Made by a program: the position numbers and the translations under genes | IMG/VR virus record: IMGVR_UViG_3300021057_000274 | Location: 62,001-126,000 of that record | Length of the DNA: 64,000 bases | Direction: 5' to 3' (one strand) | Part shown: piece by piece, positions 52,257 to 62,207 of the stretch | Numbering within the stretch: the first letter of the stretch is position 1 | Layout: every line of letters starts with the position of its first letter | Notes under the pieces: generated by a model | What the model saw: only the letters and a program-made list of their open reading frames with translations | Databases searched by the model: none | What the model was told of the DNA's origin: nothing

Positions 52257-54862
52257 TGACTATTTAGCCTTAACTTAATAGCCACATTAATCTCTTCGTC
52301 TGGCGTCTTGCTCGCAGATCTCCGCTTGACGTAGACCCTTGGATTGCCTGGCTCGATCTCGATCCTCTTGAGGTAGGTCTCTCCGTCAAAGAGGATCTCG
52401 AAGGTGAGATAGTCCCTTTCGGTTGTCCTGTCATCATCACCTCTAAAGCTAGCTGGTGACGCGCGGGTGTTAGAGTCAACCCGCGCGACGGCTACGAGGC
52501 TAGCTGATCCGAGGAGCGTCGACTTGCCGCTGACGATCTTGGACGCGGAGGCTGAGACGGCGCTCTCGCCAGCCAACTCGCCTTGGGCTCTGTTCTCCGT
52601 CGTCGCTGAGGGAGTGACGGCGCTAGAGCTTGAGAGAGTCGTGCTCCCTCGGCTCTCGTTTGAAGCTTCTGGCGTGACCGTGCTGTTGCTCGAGAGCGAC
52701 GCGGTCGCCCTGATCTCCTTTACCGCAGCTGCTGATAGCGCGCCGATGCCTGGCAGAGCCGCGGCCGCGCGCTTCTCGAGCTTACCTGCCCCCGACAGCG
52801 CGCTTGAGCTCTCGAGCGTCGAGACAGCTCGACTCTCGTTGCTAGCGACCCCAGACAGAGCGCCGATGCCTGGCAGAGTGACGGCGGCTCGAGCTTCGTT
52901 CTGAGCCGTCGCGATGATCGCCGCGGACCCAGAGAGAGAAGCCGCGCCGCGGCTATCGATCGTCGCCGCTGGGGTGAGCGCGCTGTTGCTAGACAGCGCC
53001 GCCGCACCCCGGCTCTCGCTTGCAGCGGCGCTTTCTAGGGAGCTCTGACCAGCTAGCAGCGCCGCAACGTTTCTGATTCGCGAAGCTGTAGCGGTTAACG
53101 CGCCGGTGCCAGAGAGGGACGCGCCGGCGCGGCTCTCGCTCGAAGCTGTCGGCGTAACCGTACCGTCACCGGTCAGGGACGCGCTCGCCCGATTTTCATT
53201 GGTGGCGGTCCCCGACAGAGCGCCAGCCCCCTCAAGCCCAGCAGCTGCCCGGCTTTCACTTTGAGCAGTTGCGGCCAGGATGGCCGCCCCGTTAAGCGAT
53301 GAAGCTCCGCGATTTTCATTTCTGGCGGAGGCGATGATCGAGCTGCTGCTCGCAAGCTGAGCGGTCGCGTTAGCTTCGCTTCGCGCCGCGGCCTCTAGCG
53401 TGCTTGCAGCCGCGAGAGCAGCAGCCGCACGCTTTTCAATCTTGCCTGTCGCAGCTAGAGCGCTCGCGCCCTCGAGAGTAGAAGCTCCTCGATTTTCGTT
53501 GCTAGCGTGGGCGTTGATCGAGCTAGCTCCTGCTAGCGACGACGCTGACCTAGCTTCGTTCTGAGCCGCGCCCACGACGGCGCTCGCAGACTCGAGAACC
53601 GCCGCAGCTTGATTTTCGTTCTGAGCCGCGGCTGCCAGAGCGCTTGATCCTGCTAACGTCGCCTCGCCGCGAGTCTCGATCTTGCCTGTCGCAGATAGGG
53701 TGCTTGCTCCGTCAAGAGCTGCAGCTCCCCGAGCCTCGCTTCGCGCGACAGGCACGACCGCTCCCTCGCCCGTTAACGAAGCCGCGGCTCTAACCTCCTT
53801 CCGGGCTGAAGCTGCTAACGTCGAGCTAGAAGCTAACGTCGCGGCGGCGCGGCTCTCGCTCTGGGCGACCGCGACGAGCGCGCCGACACCGTTTAGAGAA
53901 GCCGCTGCGCGGCTCTCGTTGGTCGCCGAGCTGCTTAGAGAGCCCTGCCCGCTTAGCGACGCGGCGGAGGCTAGAACCAGAACGGAAGCCGCGGACAGGG
54001 TTCCTGCGCCAGCGAGCGTAGTAGAGCCGCGGCTCTCGTTCGTCGCTGCGGCCGAGAGAGCGCTTGCTCCGCTCAGAGTCGCAGCTGCTCGGCTCTCGCT
54101 CCGAGCTGCGGCGGTGACGGTGCTTGCCCCTGCTAACGTAGCTTCGGCGCGGGTCTCGATGCTTCCTGACGCGCTAAGAGCGCTAGAACTTGATAGCGAA
54201 GCCGCAGCTCGACTCTCGACTGTGCCTGCTAGAGCGATCGAGCCTGCTCCAGCTAACGTCGTAGCGGCTCGATTTTCGTTTTGAGCTGATGGAGATAGCG
54301 TTGAGCTGCCGGCGAGAGAGGTTGACCCGCGGCTCTCGTTTGTAGCGACAGCCGCAACGGTGCCGGTACCTGTCAGCGTCGCCGAGGATCGAGCTTCACT
54401 CTGCGCCGAAGCTGAGAGAGTTCCAGCTCCAGCTAGCGCGCTAGCTGCGTCGTGTGTCCGAACGACGGAAGCGACCGCCGAGACGCTGCCTGCGCCGGCT
54501 AGACTTGAAGTTGCTCGGTTTTCGTTCTTAGCCGCGGCGGCGACGGTGCTAGATCCGCTGAGAGCGGTCGCTGCGCGGTTTTCATTGACAGCCGTCGGTG
54601 TGACCGTCCCTGCGCCAGCCAACGTGGCGACAGCTCGGCTCTCGTTGCTAGCTGCTGGAGCGACCGTTCCTGCGCCAGCTAACGTGGCAGCGGCGCGGCT
54701 CTCGTTTCTTGCGACAGCCGAAACGGTACCTGCGCCAGCAAGAACTGCGGCTGACCGGTTTTCGTTGTTAGCTACCGCGGAGAGAGAACCGGAGCTGCTT
54801 AGGGTAGCAGCTCCGTCATGTACAACTCCACCCCCACCCTGGTTCGCAAGGAGCAGGGACAT
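52253..54862 (-). CDS. Ala/Ser/Gly-rich protein with ~40 tandem 20-aa repeats
   Basis: NE(S/N)RAAATLAGAGTVSAxAx unit repeated. Confidence 0.85.
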   Translation of the reverse strand: MSLLLANQGGGGVVHDGAATLSSSGSLSAVANNENRSAAVLAGAGTVSAVARNESRAAATLAGAGTVAPAASNESRAVATLAGAGTVTPTAVNENRAATALSGSSTVAAAAKNENRATSSLAGAGSVSAVASVVRTHDAASALAGAGTLSASAQSEARSSATLTGTGTVAAVATNESRGSTSLAGSSTLSPSAQNENRAATTLAGAGSIALAGTVESRAAASLSSSSALSASGSIETRAEATLAGASTVTAAARSESRAAATLSGASALSAAATNESRGSTTLAGAGTLSAASVLVLASAASLSGQGSLSSSATNESRAAASLNGVGALVAVAQSESRAAATLASSSTLAASARKEVRAAASLTGEGAVVPVARSEARGAAALDGASTLSATGKIETRGEATLAGSSALAAAAQNENQAAAVLESASAVVGAAQNEARSASSLAGASSINAHASNENRGASTLEGASALAATGKIEKRAAAALAAASTLEAAARSEANATAQLASSSSIIASARNENRGASSLNGAAILAATAQSESRAAAGLEGAGALSGTATNENRASASLTGDGTVTPTASSESRAGASLSGTGALTATASRIRNVAALLAGQSSLESAAASESRGAAALSSNSALTPAATIDSRGAASLSGSAAIIATAQNEARAAVTLPGIGALSGVASNESRAVSTLESSSALSGAGKLEKRAAAALPGIGALSAAAVKEIRATASLSSNSTVTPEASNESRGSTTLSSSSAVTPSATTENRAQGELAGESAVSASASKIVSGKSTLLGSASLVAVARVDSNTRASPASFRGDDDRTTERDYLTFEILFDGETYLKRIEIEPGNPRVYVKRRSASKTPDEEINVAIKLRLNSQ
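52480..54830 (-). repeat. degenerate 60-bp tandem repeat array (coding)
   Basis: Recurring cggctctcgtt/gattttcgtt at 60-nt spacing. Confidence 0.85.
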
Positions 54863-54891
54863 GGATTAATCCTCTATAGTGTCGCTACCTG

Positions 54892-55302
54892 TTATGCTAC
54901 GGTGATGTCTAGGTCACCAGCCAAGAAGCGGAAAGTGTCACCGGTGTTGACCGTCTTCGCTTGGGTGAGCGCGCCGTACATCAAGACGTTGACGTTCGTG
55001 CCCCAGGTCGTGTTCGTTAGGTGGTCGACCACCGCGACGTGAGTTACCGTGCCCCAGTCACCTGTAGCGGTGGTCCAGTCAACGTTGCTTGAGTTTTGAG
55101 TCGCTCCGCCAGACGCCGCGTCTAGGGTAACCGCCATTCTGGCGTAAGAGCCGCCGCTGACCTCGGCCGACGGGTTGTTCGCCTCGAGGCCGGTGACAGC
55201 CGTAAAGAGCGCCAGATAGACCGTCGACGGCGGAGTGAACGCCTGGTTCCGCAGCATGTGGTTGATGATCTGATTTTCAAAGTAATCACTAAATGCGGAC
55301 AT
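54892..55302 (-). CDS. small phage tail-fibre-associated protein
   Basis: SDYFEN..L...AFT.PSTVYLALFT..EVSGGSYAR; TATAAATA upstream. Confidence 0.75.
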   Translation of the reverse strand: MSAFSDYFENQIINHMLRNQAFTPPSTVYLALFTAVTGLEANNPSAEVSGGSYARMAVTLDAASGGATQNSSNVDWTTATGDWGTVTHVAVVDHLTNTTWGTNVNVLMYGALTQAKTVNTGDTFRFLAGDLDITVA

Positions 55303-55384
55303 TTGATTTCCCTAAGAGGATCGTGAAACTATTTATAGCTCGGTGAGAGTGTACTTTTCCATCTCGATAGTTTAAGATAAACCG

Positions 55385-56374
55385 GTGAGCGGAAATCTTC
55401 GAGTCGGGTTAGTCGGACGAAAGCCAGCCAAGGTCACAGATGACATCACCGACCTCGAGCGCTTGATGCGCGAGGTCGCGAGGGTGATCGCTCACCATGG
55501 AAAGCTCATCGTTGAGGAGAGCACGTACAACTACCTCTTCACTCGCGACAACATCACGAAGATCGGCCTGATCGGTGAGTGGTCATCGCTCAGGGGAGCA
55601 AATCTCGATCTAGCGGTTGTGGTCGGAGGTGACGGCACGATGCTAGAGGCGGCGCGAAATCTCTACAACATTCCGTTGATCGGCGTCAACATGGGGCGAC
55701 TAGGCTTCATCACCGACCTCCCCAGAGTCGGAGCCGCGCAGGTCATTGATCTCATCCTACGCGATTGGGCCGCGTGGGATCGAGAGCGATCGAGCGACGG
55801 TCCTGTTCCAGCATACCCGAAGAACGTCACCCTCGAGAGACGCGCGCTCATCCACGCCGAGAGAGACAACGTCTCTTGGGGAGACGCCCTCAACGACATC
55901 GTCATCTCAAAGACGGGCGGACGCATCCTCGAGTTCAAGGTCTTCGTGGATGAGAAGTTCGCTTACAAGGTTCGAGCCGACGGGTTGATCATCTCCACCC
56001 CGACCGGCTCTACGGCTTACGCCTACTCCGCGGGTGGGTCAATCTTGAGCCCCGGGTCACACACCCTACAACTCATTCCGATGATGCCCCAAACACGATC
56101 CTACAGTCCGCTGATCATCAGCGACAGGGAGTGCGTCAGGGTTGAGATGGTGGCTGGTGAGGCTCGGATCTGGGCCGACGGCATCGATTCGGGAACGATC
56201 GTGCAACCAGATCTGGTCAAGCCAGCGATCTCCCGCAACAGCTCCTGGGTGAACGTGTGTCGCTCTTTTCATGACGCGGTTTTTGTTCACCCCCACTTCT
56301 CGGATCTGGATTACGAGTACTTCCAGACCCTCCGAGAAAAACTCAACTGGCATCTCGAGCCAGGAACACGATGA
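55385..56374 (+). CDS. nadK: NAD+ kinase
   Basis: GGDGT, LNDIV, TPTGSTAY..SAGG. Confidence 0.95.
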   Translation: MSGNLRVGLVGRKPAKVTDDITDLERLMREVARVIAHHGKLIVEESTYNYLFTRDNITKIGLIGEWSSLRGANLDLAVVVGGDGTMLEAARNLYNIPLIGVNMGRLGFITDLPRVGAAQVIDLILRDWAAWDRERSSDGPVPAYPKNVTLERRALIHAERDNVSWGDALNDIVISKTGGRILEFKVFVDEKFAYKVRADGLIISTPTGSTAYAYSAGGSILSPGSHTLQLIPMMPQTRSYSPLIISDRECVRVEMVAGEARIWADGIDSGTIVQPDLVKPAISRNSSWVNVCRSFHDAVFVHPHFSDLDYEYFQTLREKLNWHLEPGTR

Positions 56375-56604
56375 ACAACCAAAAAGAGCAACAGAGTCAG
56401 GTAGCAAACGTCGTCGGTGACGTGATCACCACGGCAGCAGAAGTCGCGATAATCGTCGGATCAAACGCCGCTCAGGCTGGAGAGAAGGCTGCTGAGCTAG
56501 CGGCTGAGCTCGCGAGCGGCGTAGTTGAGGTCGCAAGTGACGTGGCTGGAAATGTCGGTGAAGCTGTGGGCGAAGTGCTCGGCGGCTTGACCGACATCCT
56601 CTAG
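56371..56604 (+). CDS. small acidic Ala/Val-rich protein
   Basis: ATGA coupling. Confidence 0.6.
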   Translation: MNNQKEQQSQVANVVGDVITTAAEVAIIVGSNAAQAGEKAAELAAELASGVVEVASDVAGNVGEAVGEVLGGLTDIL

Positions 56605-56879
56605 TGCCTGTCAACCTGAAGGTCGCAGCAGCCAAAACTCGCGACCTTCTCAAGCAAGCTCAGTACCAGCTCGGTCCGATCTATTCTGGCGACCCCTCCC
56701 TCTCTCTGGAGCACTTGATCGAGATGCTTGACAAGCTCGAGTCTGGAGAAATTGACGGCGAGAAGGGACACCGCTGGCTTGGTTGGGCACAATGCCTCAT
56801 GTGTGCGCGCGACGTCGCCTCTCTAGAAGACTTGAAGATCATCAACAAATCTTCAAAGATCTCGCAAGAAGCCGGATAA
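56604..56879 (+). CDS. hypothetical protein
   Basis: K.HRWLGWAQ motif. Confidence 0.65.
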   Translation: MPVNLKVAAAKTRDLLKQAQYQLGPIYSGDPSLSLEHLIEMLDKLESGEIDGEKGHRWLGWAQCLMCARDVASLEDLKIINKSSKISQEAG

Positions 56880-56928
56880 TCTAGCAGTACTGGTATACTT
56901 TTCCACAGGATGTGGTTATAATTCTCCT

Positions 56929-58035
56929 GTGGACCCCAAGATCTATCTGGTAGGCGGCGCTGTACGAGACCACGTGCTGGGAGTTCTCAGCAAGGATCGT
57001 GACTACGTCGTCGTCGGGGCCACTCCCGAGTGGATGATTGAGCGCGGCTTCAAGCGGGTGGGAGCCGACTTCCCGGTTTTCTTGCACCCTGAGACCAGGT
57101 ACGAGTACGCCCTGGCGCGGCAAGAGCGCAAGACCGGCCCAGGCTATCACGGCTTCGACACTCGGTTCGACCCCAGCATCACGCTGGAGGACGATCTGCG
57201 TCGTCGTGACTTGACGATCAACGCGATGGCGATGACCGACGAGGGTGAGATCATCGACCCGTTCGGCGGCTTGACCGACCTGAAAGCTGGCGTGTTGCGT
57301 CACACCAGCGAGGCCTTCGCCGAGGATCCGTTGCGCGTCTTGCGCGTCGCTCGCTTCGCCGCTCGCTATGATTTCACGATCGACCAGACCACCGTCGAGC
57401 TGGCGCGGAAGATCGTCGCTTCAGGCGAGCTGAACTCCCTGCCGCGCGAGCGCTTCTGGACCGAGCTGTGGAAGGGTTTCAACGAGAAGCATCCCTCCAA
57501 GATGATCTCCGCTCTGGAGAACATGAACGCGATTGCGACGGCACCGCTGAACCAGTACTTCGGCAGAAATTTCTCTCTGGACGTCACCGTCGAGAAGATG
57601 AAAGCCGCCGAAAAGAAGTCACTCCCGGCGATCGCCGTTGCAGCTCTGACCCTGGGGCCGATAGACGCCGACAAAGCGAACGAGCTGCGGGTGCCCTCAG
57701 ACGTGTACCGCGTTCATGTCTGGGCCAATAAGCTGGCGATGCTGCACACCCATGACACGGCTGAGAAGATGATCAAGTTCATGGGAAGCATCAAGTATGA
57801 CATCACCAACCCCGACTACTATGCGGCGCTGAGAACTAGCGAGCTGATCGCGTCGCTGATGCTGGACGATCGCAACTTTTCTCGGTGGCACGAGATGAGC
57901 GGCCGAATGGTCATGGTCGACGCCGAGCTGAAGAAGACCAACTTCAAGGAGGTCGCCGAGAACGGGCCGAAGGCGACCATCAGGGAGCGGATTAACGCCG
58001 CTCGCTTAGCCGCGGCCCGGAGAGCTTTCAGCTAA
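56929..58035 (+). CDS. cca: tRNA nucleotidyltransferase (CCA-adding enzyme, class II, no HD domain)
   Basis: [36 protein letters not shown]. Confidence 0.95.
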   Translation: MDPKIYLVGGAVRDHVLGVLSKDRDYVVVGATPEWMIERGFKRVGADFPVFLHPETRYEYALARQERKTGPGYHGFDTRFDPSITLEDDLRRRDLTINAMAMTDEGEIIDPFGGLTDLKAGVLRHTSEAFAEDPLRVLRVARFAARYDFTIDQTTVELARKIVASGELNSLPRERFWTELWKGFNEKHPSKMISALENMNAIATAPLNQYFGRNFSLDVTVEKMKAAEKKSLPAIAVAALTLGPIDADKANELRVPSDVYRVHVWANKLAMLHTHDTAEKMIKFMGSIKYDITNPDYYAALRTSELIASLMLDDRNFSRWHEMSGRMVMVDAELKKTNFKEVAENGPKATIRERINAARLAAARRAFS

Positions 58036-58047
58036 CGGAGACGCCAC

Positions 58048-58251
58048 ATGGATGAGGAGATGTACAAAGAGGTGAGGCAGATGTTTTGGCTCAAGACCTT
58101 CGACTCGGCGGTGCGCTCGGCGGATTGCGCGAACGCGCCCCACGCGACTGCGAGGCTCGCTGGCGAGATCGCTGATGCCGCGTGCAACGAGCTGGACAAG
58201 CGGATGAAGCCGAAGCCGAAGACCGAGCCGCGCGGCACGAAGGCAACCTGA
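58048..58251 (+). CDS. small hypothetical protein
   Basis: GGAG RBS. Confidence 0.6.
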   Translation: MDEEMYKEVRQMFWLKTFDSAVRSADCANAPHATARLAGEIADAACNELDKRMKPKPKTEPRGTKAT

Positions 58252-58529
58252 TGCGCCGCCTCGAGCGAGTCATTCCGGACGCGCCGCGTCCCTTCCGCAT
58301 CTACAACTCAAAGGCGCGTCGCTTCTTCCGCTGGTACCTCTTCAAGTACAAGGACCGCGCGATGAAGCAAGCCTTCTGGATCGCGCACTGGGTACCTGGC
58401 GTCGCGGTCGAGCTGATCGATATTCGCAACGGCAATTGCCACGGCGTCTACGTCGGGCGACGCGTCGGCGAGAAGATCGTCGTTGAGGCGGTCCGTGAAA
58501 CCATCAAAACGCACAAGGAGTTCAAATGA
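58251..58529 (+). CDS. hypothetical protein
   Basis: TGATG coupling. Confidence 0.65.
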   Translation: MRRLERVIPDAPRPFRIYNSKARRFFRWYLFKYKDRAMKQAFWIAHWVPGVAVELIDIRNGNCHGVYVGRRVGEKIVVEAVRETIKTHKEFK

Positions 58530-58909
58530 AAGGTGACCGCAAGCGGCTAGCCGCTCTCAAGAAGGCCCAGCAAGCCGCACAAACTCCCTCCGCTCAGGCC
58601 AAGCGCACTGCCGGCATCCGCGCCTACCACGCTCGGCGCCGAGCTCAGCAAGCTGCCCAGCAACAGCAGGGCGAGCGCCTCGGTAGGGCGCAAGACAAGC
58701 GCCTCGCCGCGGCGCAAGCCGAGCAAGTTCGCTACCCCGTCGCCGAGTTCATTCCCGGCGGCAGGCAGCCCAACCTCGAGCTCGAGGGCGACCGTCCGCG
58801 TCCGGCGACCTCGTCCAAGCTGATCCAGAGCGCCGAGCAGCGCTTGGACCTGGCGAGGGCCCTAGTCGCGACGGTGCACGAGCTCATCAACCCCAAGAAG
58901 CGATCATGA
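58526..58909 (+). CDS. basic hypothetical protein
   Basis: GGAG RBS; Ala/Gln/Arg-rich. Confidence 0.7.
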   Translation: MKGDRKRLAALKKAQQAAQTPSAQAKRTAGIRAYHARRRAQQAAQQQQGERLGRAQDKRLAAAQAEQVRYPVAEFIPGGRQPNLELEGDRPRPATSSKLIQSAEQRLDLARALVATVHELINPKKRS

Positions 58910-59199
58910 AGTCGAAGAAGTCATCCCTCTCGCGAGCGAAGCAGCTCGCGCTAGCCCGCAAGAGCGCCGCGAAGAAGAGCTCTCGCTCTCGTAAAGCTAC
59001 GAGAGCTCTTCGAGGCAAGCCTGCGGCGTCCGTCAGGACGGTGAAGATGACGGACGTCTTCAAGGACCTTCGTCCGAAGATCAACGACCTCCCGGAGACC
59101 GTGCCGGTGCGCATCAACCCGGACGAGATTTACACCGGCTTCTGGCAGACCAACCTCATCCGGCTGACCCGGATGGAGGGAGGAGGCAACCTACCGTGA
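58906..59199 (+). CDS. basic hypothetical protein
   Basis: Lys/Arg/Ser-rich N-terminus. Confidence 0.65.
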   Translation: MKSKKSSLSRAKQLALARKSAAKKSSRSRKATRALRGKPAASVRTVKMTDVFKDLRPKINDLPETVPVRINPDEIYTGFWQTNLIRLTRMEGGGNLP

Positions 59200-59459
59200 G
59201 GATGCGCTGGGCGGTTCCTGTTAGACACGAGTACAACCACCCCCGCAAGCACGAAGAGCTTCTGTGCTACTGGGTACGGTACCCAGATCACAAGAAGCTC
59301 GAGGTGACGAGCGGGAAGTCGCCCTCAAGGTGGACCGAGGTGCCGCTCGTCAACGTCTTTGAGCCCTTGACTCAAGCCTGCGGCTGCTGCCTCCTGAAGA
59401 AGGGTGAAGTGCCAGCAGATCTCCCCGAGAACAAAATCTTAACTCGGACCAAGTTTTAG
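59196..59459 (+). CDS. hypothetical protein
   Basis: GTGA coupling, GGAGG RBS. Confidence 0.65.
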   Translation: MRMRWAVPVRHEYNHPRKHEELLCYWVRYPDHKKLEVTSGKSPSRWTEVPLVNVFEPLTQACGCCLLKKGEVPADLPENKILTRTKF

Positions 59460-59509
59460 TTGCTCAAGCTAGCAACTGTAAATAGAGGAACCACTTACCG
59501 AGGTTCCCT

Positions 59510-60289
59510 ATGAAGGCTTTTGAGATCGGACTTACCGAAGAGCGCCAGAGCGGGCACAGCTTCGTCTACACCTTCATCTCTCCGATGGGATTCTGCATCG
59601 ACGAGGGCATCGCGGAGCAAATCCTCGGAAATCTCGACTCCGACACGATCACTGACTCCGAGTGGAAGAAGGCTCGCGACGCGATCTGTGACTGGAACAC
59701 CTTCTTCTCCTTCGACGCGCACGAGGTCCGCGGCATCATCGAGGAAGCGCTCTCAAACAGCAAGCATCAAATGAATGACAAGGATGAGGACGATCCCGAG
59801 ACCGAGGTCGAGGAGAATCGTCCCAGCCGACATGATCGCTTCAAGCAAGATCCGGTCGAGGACGCGATCGCTGACGCGGAGGCTTTCGAGAAGGACATCA
59901 ATGATGCGGTCGAGGACGCGATCGTCGAGCTAGCCAAGGACGGCAACGAGGCTGAGCTTCATCAGTACGTCCACCATGAGACCCTCAAGGAAGCTGTCAA
60001 GCTCATCCGCTTCCGCGTCCGCAAGAACGCGACGATGGGCTCTCACTACGCGCTCTTCTCTGACGTAGTTTGCTCACGACGCCTCGAGAAGGAGGAGGTC
60101 AAGGAGCTGAAGGAGGAGCTCTCGGGCCAGTTCTCCGACGGCTGGGGTGAGGGAGTCGAGCAACGCTCCTTCGGCGATCGTCACGGCACCGGGCGCGGCG
60201 GACCAGGACTCTTCTACATCAAGCTCTGGTGGTCTAGCCACGGCGAGCACGAGAGAAACTTGCCGAAGTGGAGCATCCAAGAGATCTAA
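59510..60289 (+). CDS. acidic hypothetical late protein
   Basis: TAAATA 59479. Confidence 0.75.
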   Translation: MKAFEIGLTEERQSGHSFVYTFISPMGFCIDEGIAEQILGNLDSDTITDSEWKKARDAICDWNTFFSFDAHEVRGIIEEALSNSKHQMNDKDEDDPETEVEENRPSRHDRFKQDPVEDAIADAEAFEKDINDAVEDAIVELAKDGNEAELHQYVHHETLKEAVKLIRFRVRKNATMGSHYALFSDVVCSRRLEKEEVKELKEELSGQFSDGWGEGVEQRSFGDRHGTGRGGPGLFYIKLWWSSHGEHERNLPKWSIQEI

Positions 60290-60344
60290 TTTTCCATCTC
60301 TTGATTCGGTGATAAAATTGACTCTCTCATCACACGGAGAGTCG

Positions 60345-60995
60345 ATGACGAAGCCACTCAGGGTTGTGAACTTTTTTGCAGGGCCTGGCACCGGAAAGAG
60401 CACCACCGCGACCGCGCTCTTCGCTGAGCTCAAGTACCAGGGCTACAACACCGAATACGTCTCAGAGTACGCGAAGGACGCGACCTGGGAGCGCCGCGGC
60501 GAGAAGGTCTTCAAGTCTCAAGAGTACATCTTCGGCAAGCAACACTTTCGCCTCTCGCGCGTCGCGGAGGAGGTCGACTTCGTCATCACCGACAGCCCGG
60601 TCCTCCTCGCGATCGCGTACACTCCCTCAGACTACTACATGCCCTCTCTCATCAAGACGATCAAGGAGGCGCACGACAACTACGAGAGCATCAACATCCT
60701 GCTCGAGCGCTCAGATCAAAAGGCCTACAATCCTGCCGGTCGCAACCAGACCGAGGCCGAGGCCAGGGAGAAGGACGTCGTGATGAGGGGTGTCGTCGAG
60801 AAGAACTGTCCCTTCTACTACACGATGCCGTTCGGGCGCGTCAACCCGTGGCAAGTGATCGACCTGATGTTCGATCACGGTTGGATCGAGGACGTCAGCA
60901 AGGCGCTCCAAGCTACACAGAGCGCGATCTCAGCCGCGCAAGAAGCCGCCAAATTTTACGAGAGAAGACTCGCCAGGCTCGCCGAGTGCTCCTGA
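60345..60995 (+). CDS. NadR-type (AAA_28) P-loop kinase/ATPase
   Basis: AGPGTGKST, EYVSEYAK, ITDSP. Confidence 0.8.
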   Translation: MTKPLRVVNFFAGPGTGKSTTATALFAELKYQGYNTEYVSEYAKDATWERRGEKVFKSQEYIFGKQHFRLSRVAEEVDFVITDSPVLLAIAYTPSDYYMPSLIKTIKEAHDNYESINILLERSDQKAYNPAGRNQTEAEAREKDVVMRGVVEKNCPFYYTMPFGRVNPWQVIDLMFDHGWIEDVSKALQATQSAISAAQEAAKFYERRLARLAECS

Positions 60996-61180
60996 GGCTA
61001 CGTTGGAATTGTGTCACTTCGTTTTTCAGTGCTTTCAAGACATCGATGTAGAGGCGATCCTTTACTTAGTGTTAGCTGGGATATTTGGAAGCGTGCTTAC
61101 TATGACTTTAAACCGAGAGAAAAGATGAGAATTGAGTAGAAAAGCGGCGAGATCTGTGATATAATCTCTCTACTTTAACT

Positions 61181-61255
61181 GCTCCCTTAGCTCAGCGGCA
61201 GAGTACGGGACTCTAAATCCTAGGGTCGTGGGTTCGAATCCCACAGGGAGCACCA
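61181..61255 (+). tRNA. amber-suppressor tRNA (anticodon CUA)
   Basis: Cloverleaf, loop CTCTAAA, A73, CCA; own TGATATAAT promoter. Confidence 0.88.
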
Positions 61256-61269
61256 CTTAGGAGACCAGG

Positions 61270-61986
61270 TTGACCTGGCTCAAGACGACCGGTAAGCTGT
61301 CGTACGTTGACGAGCGGGCGCTCACGGACGGCAAGGCCTTCAAGAAGACCTGGAAGTCGCGGACCCTCATCGCGAACCTTCCGCGCCACTGTCACCTCGA
61401 CCAGTACTACATCTGGCTGCTCACTCGCCGCTTCGGTCCGTGGGCTGAGCTGACGCGCCCCCTCTTCGGTCTCCACGTCACGATCATTCGCGGTGACGAG
61501 CGCTTCGACCAGAGGTACGAGGAGCTCTGGGGCCGCTGGGCTGGCACGAAGATCGACATCGAGTACAACCCGATCCCGCAGCTCAACTGGCGATTCTGGT
61601 CGCTAGAGGCGCGCTCGAACGAGTTCGGTGAGCTGCGCGAGCGCTTCGGTCTCAACCCGGTCATCAACTTCCACATCACGGTCGCGCGCGCCAACACGAG
61701 CATCATGATGAGCAAGAACGCGCGAAAGCGTGACCCGGAGATGGTGATCCGTGAGTTGCTCAAGCAAATTCCCGGCGGTCGGGGCGGTCGTTACGACTTT
61801 CGCAAGGACCTCGAGCGCACCGCTAGCGAGATCAAGCTCGGATTTCTTCGCGGCACCCAAGCGTGGGATCGCATCATCGAGATCGTGTTCGCGCACCTTC
61901 CCAAGCCCCAGGCGGATTGGGAGGCTCAAGTCGTCGCGTACATTAACATGGTACCTGTCCACCAAGTCATGGAGAAGGCCGCATGA
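61270..61986 (+). CDS. 2H-phosphoesterase-like protein
   Basis: Two HxT motifs: LHVTII and FHITVA. Confidence 0.6.
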   Translation: MTWLKTTGKLSYVDERALTDGKAFKKTWKSRTLIANLPRHCHLDQYYIWLLTRRFGPWAELTRPLFGLHVTIIRGDERFDQRYEELWGRWAGTKIDIEYNPIPQLNWRFWSLEARSNEFGELRERFGLNPVINFHITVARANTSIMMSKNARKRDPEMVIRELLKQIPGGRGGRYDFRKDLERTASEIKLGFLRGTQAWDRIIEIVFAHLPKPQADWEAQVVAYINMVPVHQVMEKAA

Positions 61987-62207
61987 GAGAACGCTACAAG
62001 CTAGTTCGCAGCTCGCTCTCCGCTCACTGCTGCTTCGTCGGGACGGTCATCGACACCGATCGCCCGCACTTTCAAGATAACGCGAAGACGGTGCAGATGG
62101 TCGTGAACGGCGAGCTGCTCTACGAGAGCATCTGCGAGGTTTTCGACGAGAGGGACGGCGAGAAGATCGTCCAAGCTCTCAACCTCCTCGAGAAGCTCAG
62201 GTCGTGA
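61983..62207 (+). CDS. small hypothetical protein
   Basis: ATGA coupling. Confidence 0.65.
   Translation: MRERYKLVRSSLSAHCCFVGTVIDTDRPHFQDNAKTVQMVVNGELLYESICEVFDERDGEKIVQALNLLEKLRS

Noticed and set aside
52253-54862. CRISPR array or DGR repeat
   Set aside because: Repeats are degenerate, in-frame 60-mers without unique spacers; no cas or RT gene.
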